Shown here: positions 23,963-30,692 of the stretch, in pieces
Numbering within the stretch: the stretch's first letter is position 1
Layout: each line of letters starts with the position of its first letter
Origin: a virus
Taxonomy: Duplodnaviria > Caudoviricetes
Direction: 5' to 3' (one strand)
Virus record (IMG/VR): IMGVR_UViG_3300042387_001262
Coordinates: 1 to 30,692 of that record
DNA: 30,692 nt
The notes under the pieces: generated by a model
The model's database searches: none
What the model was told of the DNA's origin: nothing
Seen by the model: the letters and a program-made list of their open reading frames with translations, nothing else
Translations under genes and position numbers: made by a program

Positions 23963-26900
23963 TGGCGCAAGACATTTTCGACACTACACCGGAAGATCTC
24001 CGGGCATCCATGCTCGTCGCAACCAGCACGGACCCAGAGGCGCACGCGAAGGTTGTCAACCTCGCAAACAAGCTCCAGCTTCCGCCAGAACTGGTGGCAC
24101 GCAACCCCCAGTGGGCGCAGCACCAGTCCGACCTGATGCTCGACGCGGAGAAACTCACCAAGGACTACCCTGGCACTGCCAAGTTCCTGTCGGACCCCAA
24201 CCGTGCTGCCGTCTCGCGTGACGAACTCATCCAGCACATGGCGATGGAGGACACGCTTCGCAACGCCGAGTTGCTCGAGCCTGGTCTGTTCGGCAAGGAC
24301 GTGCGCGATGCCATTGCCAAGCAACTGCGCGAGAAGGGTCACCAGATCGAGATCGTCGATGGCTCACGCCCCGTCTCCGAGTGGTTCCCAACGCTCGACT
24401 TCACTGCCGGTCAGGAAGTGGACTCGAGCACCCCGGGCGAGGTGAAGGCGTTCCAGGGCGTGGGCGGGATGGGTATCACGAACCCCGCGCAGGATACGCA
24501 GGACCAGCAGTCCCAGAAGATGGACCAGAAAGCGGTCCAGCTTTACTCGACCCCGCAAGGGTTCTGGGAGCGGATGATTACCGGCACGACCAACCTCGAG
24601 CCGGTCCCCTTTGTTGGCGCCGGCAAGGAGTTGGTGGACGTCTATGCGCTCACCCAGTTGGCCAACCGGGTCAAGGACGGCACCGCTGATGACAACGACT
24701 GGATCGAGTTACTGAAGTACGACAACGAGATCCGACGCGGCACCGACTTCGGCGGAAAGGTCGCCGCGGTGCTTGTGAACCTGCCGGCATTCGCAGGCGA
24801 GATTGCTGCCACCGGTGGCCTGTACACCGCAGGTTCTCAGGCAGCACGCAAGGCCGGGTTGTACGCGGCCAAGAAGATTCTCAACAAGAGCGCACGCGAG
24901 GTCGCAGAAAGCGCCGTGCTGCGCGGCGTGGTCAAGACCGCAGGATGGGTCGCCGGGTCCGCCGTGCAGGCCACCGTGGGGATGCCGCACCGTGTTGCGG
25001 TGGACGCCATGCAGCGCATGGTTCCCCAGTTGTCCAGCATGTCGGTCAACGAACAAGGGGAACTCGAGAAACTCGTGCTCGACTCCGAGGACGGGTTCGC
25101 CTCCGCCATTGGCAAGGCAATCCTCAACCAGAGCATCGAGGTGGGCACCGAGAGCGCAGGCGCGTTCATCGGCAAGGTGACGGGCCTGGAGGCGCTCAAA
25201 TCCGCCGTGGTCACCAAGTGGTTCAAGTTGAACCCGACCAAGGGGTGGTCGCAGTTCAGCGCACTGCTTCGCAAGGCGAAGTGGGACGGGGTGCTCGAGG
25301 AGTTCGGCGAAGAGCGACTGGGCGAGATCCTGCGTGCAGTCACCGGCCTTGAGTCGATGAAGCTCGATCCTGAGCAGTACGCAGTGGAGCTCGTCTCCTT
25401 TGCCGCACTGCCGATGGCAGGCGCCGCGGTGTACGGCCCGGGGATGGTGCGCCAGTCCCGACAACTTGCCGAGCGTGCGCAAACGCAGGTGGAGTTCTTC
25501 CGCGACTTGGGCGCCCAGTCTTCCGAGTCGAAGACCCGCACGCGGGTGCCAGGCATGCTCGGAGCGCTCGGCGACCTTGCCGCGCAGGACGGGCCCGTGG
25601 AGCGTGTCTTTGCCCCCATCGCAGCGTGGGACCAGTATTTCGCGAGCAAGGGGATTGACCCCCGTCAGGTGGCGCAGGAGACCCTTGGGGAGACCGAGAG
25701 TTACGACAAGGCACGCGAGGCCGGTCACGATCTCGAGATCCCGATTGGCGCCTACACCGAGAAGCTTGCCCCGACCGAGCACAACGAAGCGCTCGCGCAG
25801 GTGCTGCGTCTTGGCAGCGTGGACGCACCCAACGTGGTGGAGATGCAGGCCGGCCTGCAGGCAACGCAAGCCTCCGTGGAGGAGATGCTCAAGCTCAACC
25901 AAGACTACACGGCACTGAGCACCGAGAAGCAGACGCTCGCCACCGAGATAACGACCCTGCAGGAGCAGGTCAGCGCACTCCAAGCCCAGGCCGAGCAGCG
26001 CACCGCACGGATGCAGGAGATCCAGTCACAACTCCAGACGCAGGCACCGCAAGCCCTGCAGGAGATTCTGGCCGGCAACGCCCCCGCCGCGGCAGAGTTG
26101 CAGGGGTTGGCGCAGGAGTACCAGGCGCTCGCCCGGCAGGACCAGCAAGCCCAGCAGGCAGGCGCACGCATCGAGGCCATCACCGCTCGCCAGCAGGAAA
26201 TCGACAAGGAGATTGCGCGTATCGAGAAGCGCAACGCGGAAGCCAGACGCTCTGCCCCGGGGCAGGCACCCGAGGTGGTGGACATGGCCGGCGAGGTCTA
26301 CACCCAGTTGATGGCGACCAAGAACACCTCGGATAGCGTGGCCCGTGCGCACGCGAACATGTTCGCCCGGATGGCCTACATCATGGCGAACCGCTCTGGG
26401 ATGAGCTTGCAGCAGTTCAAGGACCGGTTCGTCACGCAGATCCTAGGCAGCACCAAGAACGCCACAGCACCGGCAGGCGTGACGATGTCGCAGGAGGAGC
26501 AGCAACGCGATGCAGACTACCTCGCAGCAGTTGAGGCCGGTGACATGGAGACGGCGCAACGTCTCGTCAACGAGGCCGCGAAAGCCGCTGGGTACAACTA
26601 CGGGCCCGTCTTTCACGGCACTCCGGAAAACTTCGACATCTTCGTTCCACAACTCGCCGAAGCGGCAGGCAAGGGGGTGTACTTCGCCACTGACCGCACT
26701 GCGGCAGAAGAGTACGGTGACCGAGTCGTCACCGCTTTCCTGCGCATCAACAACCCGTGGACGGGACAGTGGGCACCGGAGGACGATGAGAAGGCGCCGC
26801 AGACCGAGGCATACAAGCGTGCGCTCGAGAAGGGCGTGTTCGTTGACGACGAGACGAACACACTGAAATGGCAACGCCTTGCCGATGAGGACTCGAAGTT

Positions 26901-29900
26901 CCTCGGCGAGATTGTCCAGCAGTTGGGCTACGACGCAGTCATCTTCGAGGAGTCGGGGCACCTACCGGCAGGCGATGAGATTGTCGTCTTCAATCCCAAC
27001 CAGATCAAATCCGCTGACCCTATCACCCGTGACGCTGACGGGAATGTCATCCCCCTGTCGGAACGCTTCGACGAGGGGCAGAACAGCATCCTGTATCAGG
27101 GCGAGAACACGACTGGCACCGACATCGCGCCGGCGTTTGAAAACCTGCCCTCTTACAAGCCAAGCAAAGCCAAGGCCACTGTCGCTGAAGTCGATGGCGT
27201 CGCTACGCTTGAGATCAGCAAGGATTCGCAGAAGGACAAGCCGGTCCCAAAGGCGGCATGGGAAAGCGGAAACGAGGTTGCCCTTGGCAGGCTAGACAAA
27301 GCGCTCAAGCTGCTCGACAAGGATCCTGAGCGCATTGCCAGTGGCAAAGGCTTTGTGGAGTACCTTAACGCTGCTGGCGTGTGGGGTGTGGTGACTCCAC
27401 CACCGAGCATGATGCACGTGCTTCTCAACAAGCCAGAGATGTACGTGGATCTTCTCAACGGTGGATACCATGGCACGCGCACCGAGAAAGGCACACAGGA
27501 AGCAGCACGCGCCGGGTTGGATGGCACCGTGGAGATGCGTAACCTGCTGGCAGGAGAGGCTCCGCATCCGTGGGCCGTTGCCTTGCATCACCTCTGGGGC
27601 ATCCTTTCAAGGATGCTGGCGCCGCTCGACCAGGAAGCCATGTGGCTGCGGTTAATCACGCACAAGCCCGTTCTTGATGCCATCCAGAGTTCGATAGACG
27701 GCACTTTCACGCTGACGCCGGAACAGTGGGAAGCACGCGTGAAGCAGGCTCGCATTGAAACCGAGGCGACCTCACAGAAGCGAGGCAACAGCGCCACGGC
27801 AAACGCCAACGCTTTCTACGCGCACCTTGCCAACTGGAACGGCAACTGGGACAAGGTCGCTGACATCTACGCGTCCAAGAGCGCAGCCGAGATGGGGCGC
27901 AGGTTCTGGAAACTGAACCTTGGCAAGGTTGGCATCCGAAACAAGGTCCAGCGTTTCATCGGCCTGACCTTCGGTGTGCCGGGTGTCATCTTGGATCGCT
28001 GGAAGTTCGTCGAGCTCTGGCTTCCAACCATGATGCAGAAAGCCGGCGTCACGCGCCCCAGTGAATACTTTGCCTACTCTGGTGGCCTCACCCCAGAGGA
28101 TCCACTTGGGGTGTATGGTGTGCTTGGTGGGTTGGAAAACGACAACAATGGGCTTTCGCTTGCTCTGTATGAAGGACTTGAGAAGGTCATGCAGAAGGCC
28201 ATTGATGCTTCACCATTGTTGCAACAACACATGGGGCAGCATCAGAATCCTGGGGGAATGCACTGGTTCGGATGGAACGCCATCAAGAACGAGTCGGTGG
28301 GACATTCGTCGCTTGATTTGACCAAGCAGATTATTCAGATTCAGAAGCAGGGGAGTTCAGTCAATGCAGAAACCATCCAACAACTCATCGCCTCTGGAAC
28401 CTTCTACACCGAAGGACTCGCAGGAGCAAAGAGCATCACCCGGTTCGCCATCGAAAACGGCGTTCCGGTCGTCACCACGCGGAGTCGGGATGCCGATGGA
28501 CAACTCGGAGGACTTTCTGGATCCGCAGGAGGACGCGCAGATGGTCAAGGAGGCAGCGGAGAGACTACTGCGCAGCAAGAAGTAACGCTCAACCAGTCCG
28601 TCTTCCCTGAGACGCAGCGCACTCCGCTGCTGGCGATTCATAACATCTCCGGGAGAAACATCCTTAACGCGGCAGAGCTCGGTGGCTTGCCTGTTCCGTC
28701 CATCGGTGTCACGCGCCCCGATGCAGTCTACACCGGGTTCGGTGAGATCTCACTCATCGGCACCAAGGACCTGGCGGACCCGCGCCGCAACCCGGTGTTC
28801 AACGCCGATGCCTACACGGTGCGCTTCCCGCAACCCGAGTACGGCAAGATGAAGCAGGCCGCGGCGAACAAGATCATCAAGCCGCTGCTGCCTTTCCAGA
28901 AACTGTTTAACGACTACACCCCCGGCGAGGTGTGGCAACGCCTGGTGGAGCGTGGAGACGTCGCCAGCGCCATCGACAAGCTCTCACGCTCGGAAGCGGC
29001 AAAAGCCGCGTTCTTGGACTCCAAGGGCATCACGGTTGAACCGGTGATGTACGAACCCGCGATGAACTACGGGTGGTCCAACTCCGACACGCTGAAGGAG
29101 TACCTCACGCCCGAGCGGATGAAGCAGGCAATGGCGGGTGACGAGAACATCCGCCGAGAGCTTGTGCCGGTGGTGGAAGCCGCAATCCGTAAGGACGTTC
29201 AGAAGAAGAACTTGGACCCAGAGGATGCTGAACACCTCGTCAACCGATTCAAAAAGAACGCCTTATCAACGGATGGTGGAGTTGGATTCAACATCCTCCA
29301 CCGCATTGAAACCGACTGGAGTCGAGCGGATAAGAAGCAAGTTGATCTTGGTTCCACCAGAGATGTATTGAACGAAGCGCTGAAGGGGCGCGAGGCTGAG
29401 TTTGAGCAGTGGGTGCAGGGGATGATCCTGGCCGAAGCCGGTGAGCCCAAGCTGACCATTGGCAGGAAGAAGGTGCCGTTCACGCTTGAGAACATCGTCG
29501 ATTACATGACCTCATCCTCGGTGAAGGGGGTGGAGTCCACAATGACCTTCGGCGAGGGAAAAGCCCGTGCGATGTCCGCGGCGAAGATTGCTGACATCGA
29601 AGAGATGCGCAACCGTGCGCAGTCCGAGATTGGCACGAAGGAGGAAGTGGACGCTGCTCGTGAGAAAGCATCTAAGCTGCTTGCAGATTACCGCACCAAA
29701 GCAGCAGAGCACTATGGCTACGCCGATACATGGAGCGCATTTGACGACTCCATGAAAGCGCTCGCTAAGTGGGCGAAAGGTGCGCGGACCACGGCAAACC
29801 TGCAGAAGGCACTCAAGGCCGTTGGGTTTAAGAGCGTACCGCAGGACGTGCTTGAGTTAGGCGTTGAAGCCGGCAAGGCGTTCCTCAACGCGCCGGTCCC

Positions 29901-30692
29901 ATACTTTGAGTCCAAGCCACAACGCTCCGTTGCACTGAGCGAGTTCAAGGCAGCGGTGGTCCCCAGCGACACGCGGCAGGAAGTCCGCCAGGTGCTCGCA
30001 GATGCCGGCGTGCAGGTGTTCGACTACACGCCCTATGACGACGCATCGCGCAGAGCAGTGGTGGCGCAAGCATCGCAGGAGACGCAGACGCTTTTCCAGA
30101 ACGAGAAAAACGCACGCGGGTCTATCTCGTTCAACCCGGCGCAACGTGGTGCTCCCCGGCGTGAGTTCACCATCAGGATGCTCAGCAGTGCCAACGCCAG
30201 CACGTTCATGCACGAGGCCGCGCACTTCTACCTCGAGGTGTTCAACGACCTCGCCTCCGCACCGGACGCGCCTCAAGCGCTGCGCGAGGACTGGAACCGC
30301 ATTTCCAAGTGGCTTGGCCTGCAGGCCGGTGTCCCGATCACAGTGGACCAGCACGAGACCTTCGCCCGTGGGTTTGAGCGCTACCTGATGGAAGGCAAGG
30401 CGCCGGCAGAGGAGGTGCGTGGGTTCTTCGCCAGCATGCGCACGTGGCTTGTCAGGATCTACCGTGACCTGATGAACCTCAACGTGGACATCTCAGACGA
30501 CATCCGCGGGGTGTTCGACCGCATGGTCGCGACCGACGTTGAGATCGAGGCCGCGCAGGCACGCGAGAAAGTCGAGCCGATGTTTGGCACCAAGCCTGAC
30601 GGCATGGAGGAGGCAGCGTGGGAGCGCTACCGCAAAGCCGTTGAGAGTGCGTCCCTGCAGGCCCGTGAGCGGTTACAGACCGAGCTCGAGCG
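23962..30692 (+). CDS. Giant polyvalent internal virion protein (>2,240 aa, 3'-truncated) with ART, glycosylase-like, second ART-like and zincin modules
   Basis: ATG overlaps the upstream TAA; I found no in-frame stop to the window end on manual translation. LPD22-like N-terminus, coiled coil ~25850-26250, FHGT/GVYF/EIVVF, HEAAH at 30211-30225 and HETFARGFERYL. Confidence 0.9.
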   Translation, partial: MAQDIFDTTPEDLRASMLVATSTDPEAHAKVVNLANKLQLPPELVARNPQWAQHQSDLMLDAEKLTKDYPGTAKFLSDPNRAAVSRDELIQHMAMEDTLRNAELLEPGLFGKDVRDAIAKQLREKGHQIEIVDGSRPVSEWFPTLDFTAGQEVDSSTPGEVKAFQGVGGMGITNPAQDTQDQQSQKMDQKAVQLYSTPQGFWERMITGTTNLEPVPFVGAGKELVDVYALTQLANRVKDGTADDNDWIELLKYDNEIRRGTDFGGKVAAVLVNLPAFAGEIAATGGLYTAGSQAARKAGLYAAKKILNKSAREVAESAVLRGVVKTAGWVAGSAVQATVGMPHRVAVDAMQRMVPQLSSMSVNEQGELEKLVLDSEDGFASAIGKAILNQSIEVGTESAGAFIGKVTGLEALKSAVVTKWFKLNPTKGWSQFSALLRKAKWDGVLEEFGEERLGEILRAVTGLESMKLDPEQYAVELVSFAALPMAGAAVYGPGMVRQSRQLAERAQTQVEFFRDLGAQSSESKTRTRVPGMLGALGDLAAQDGPVERVFAPIAAWDQYFASKGIDPRQVAQETLGETESYDKAREAGHDLEIPIGAYTEKLAPTEHNEALAQVLRLGSVDAPNVVEMQAGLQATQASVEEMLKLNQDYTALSTEKQTLATEITTLQEQVSALQAQAEQRTARMQEIQSQLQTQAPQALQEILAGNAPAAAELQGLAQEYQALARQDQQAQQAGARIEAITARQQEIDKEIARIEKRNAEARRSAPGQAPEVVDMAGEVYTQLMATKNTSDSVARAHANMFARMAYIMANRSGMSLQQFKDRFVTQILGSTKNATAPAGVTMSQEEQQRDADYLAAVEAGDMETAQRLVNEAAKAAGYNYGPVFHGTPENFDIFVPQLAEAAGKGVYFATDRTAAEEYGDRVVTAFLRINNPWTGQWAPEDDEKAPQTEAYKRALEKGVFVDDETNTLKWQRLADEDSKFLGEIVQQLGYDAVIFEESGHLPAGDEIVVFNPNQIKSADPITRDADGNVIPLSERFDEGQNSILYQGENTTGTDIAPAFENLPSYKPSKAKATVAEVDGVATLEISKDSQKDKPVPKAAWESGNEVALGRLDKALKLLDKDPERIASGKGFVEYLNAAGVWGVVTPPPSMMHVLLNKPEMYVDLLNGGYHGTRTEKGTQEAARAGLDGTVEMRNLLAGEAPHPWAVALHHLWGILSRMLAPLDQEAMWLRLITHKPVLDAIQSSIDGTFTLTPEQWEARVKQARIETEATSQKRGNSATANANAFYAHLANWNGNWDKVADIYASKSAAEMGRRFWKLNLGKVGIRNKVQRFIGLTFGVPGVILDRWKFVELWLPTMMQKAGVTRPSEYFAYSGGLTPEDPLGVYGVLGGLENDNNGLSLALYEGLEKVMQKAIDASPLLQQHMGQHQNPGGMHWFGWNAIKNESVGHSSLDLTKQIIQIQKQGSSVNAETIQQLIASGTFYTEGLAGAKSITRFAIENGVPVVTTRSRDADGQLGGLSGSAGGRADGQGGSGETTAQQEVTLNQSVFPETQRTPLLAIHNISGRNILNAAELGGLPVPSIGVTRPDAVYTGFGEISLIGTKDLADPRRNPVFNADAYTVRFPQPEYGKMKQAAANKIIKPLLPFQKLFNDYTPGEVWQRLVERGDVASAIDKLSRSEAAKAAFLDSKGITVEPVMYEPAMNYGWSNSDTLKEYLTPERMKQAMAGDENIRRELVPVVEAAIRKDVQKKNLDPEDAEHLVNRFKKNALSTDGGVGFNILHRIETDWSRADKKQVDLGSTRDVLNEALKGREAEFEQWVQGMILAEAGEPKLTIGRKKVPFTLENIVDYMTSSSVKGVESTMTFGEGKARAMSAAKIADIEEMRNRAQSEIGTKEEVDAAREKASKLLADYRTKAAEHYGYADTWSAFDDSMKALAKWAKGARTTANLQKALKAVGFKSVPQDVLELGVEAGKAFLNAPVPYFESKPQRSVALSEFKAAVVPSDTRQEVRQVLADAGVQVFDYTPYDDASRRAVVAQASQETQTLFQNEKNARGSISFNPAQRGAPRREFTIRMLSSANASTFMHEAAHFYLEVFNDLASAPDAPQALREDWNRISKWLGLQAGVPITVDQHETFARGFERYLMEGKAPAEEVRGFFASMRTWLVRIYRDLMNLNVDISDDIRGVFDRMVATDVEIEAAQAREKVEPMFGTKPDGMEEAAWERYRKAVESASLQARERLQTELE
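28490..28585 (+). CDS. Nested out-of-frame 31-aa ORF (MPMDNSEDFLDPQEDAQMVKEAAERLLRSKK)
   Basis: GGAG 5 nt upstream; genome-like GC3-rich codons, while the main frame becomes a GGA-rich Gly linker over the same bases. Confidence 0.45.
   Translation: MPMDNSEDFLDPQEDAQMVKEAAERLLRSKK

Larger units (their letters stand above)
1..30692 (+). mobile_element. Tailed bacteriophage genome fragment (podovirus-type, BPP-1/epsilon15-like morphogenesis gene order)
   Basis: Contiguous TerS-TerL-portal-scaffold-capsid-adaptor-nozzle-internal virion proteins; no tape measure or tail tube gene; no host genes or integrase in the window. Confidence 0.93.

Noticed and set aside
4843-25983. Long minus-strand ORFs (e.g. 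4843-6033, 8081-8974, 19461-20336, 20574-21461, 22025-23296, 24709-25983)
   Set aside because: Antisense shadows of well-supported GC3-rich plus-strand genes; no recognisable motifs.
536-30690. Frequent CTCGAG sites as a hint to the MTase target
   Set aside because: Largely explainable by preferred codon pairs (CTC-GAG, TCG-AGC); enrichment cannot be established without a codon-aware Markov test.
23962-30692. Apparent gene-poor region with many short ORFs in the track
   Set aside because: It is one uninterrupted plus-strand ORF lacking a stop in the window; the short ORFs are off-frame fragments, except possibly 28490-28585.

Overview
The whole window is a fragment of a GC-rich tailed-phage genome with podovirus-type (BPP-1/epsilon15-like) morphogenesis genes. 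No host genes, integrase or att site are visible. Left part (1-4541): a 5'-truncated thyX; a chain of small translationally coupled genes with a tandem duplication; a C5 cytosine methyltransferase written in two almost fully overlapping frames (motifs I-VIII and X in one frame, motif IX plus four W-x-T-[PA] repeats in the other); a candidate ~70-nt sRNA; and a convergent stand-alone tandem winged-helix gene next to an iteron-like non-coding region (candidate origin). Right part (5011-end): TerS, TerL, GNAT, portal, then a 6.4-kb fibre/tailspike block in the middle of the head module, bracketed by two copies of the same promoter-like motif and carrying a duplicated 21-aa micro-ORF. After it come scaffold, major capsid, cement, tail adaptor, nozzle, two internal virion proteins and a giant (>2,240 aa) ORF that runs off the end and is missing from the ORF track. 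This giant polyvalent ejection protein carries an H-Y-E ADP-ribosyltransferase, a putative HhH DNA-glycosylase-like module followed by a nested out-of-frame 31-aa gene, a second putative ART-fold module and an HExxH zincin, with modules separated by [TI]-[LM]-x-Q linkers. All calls come from motif recognition by eye; no searches were run.
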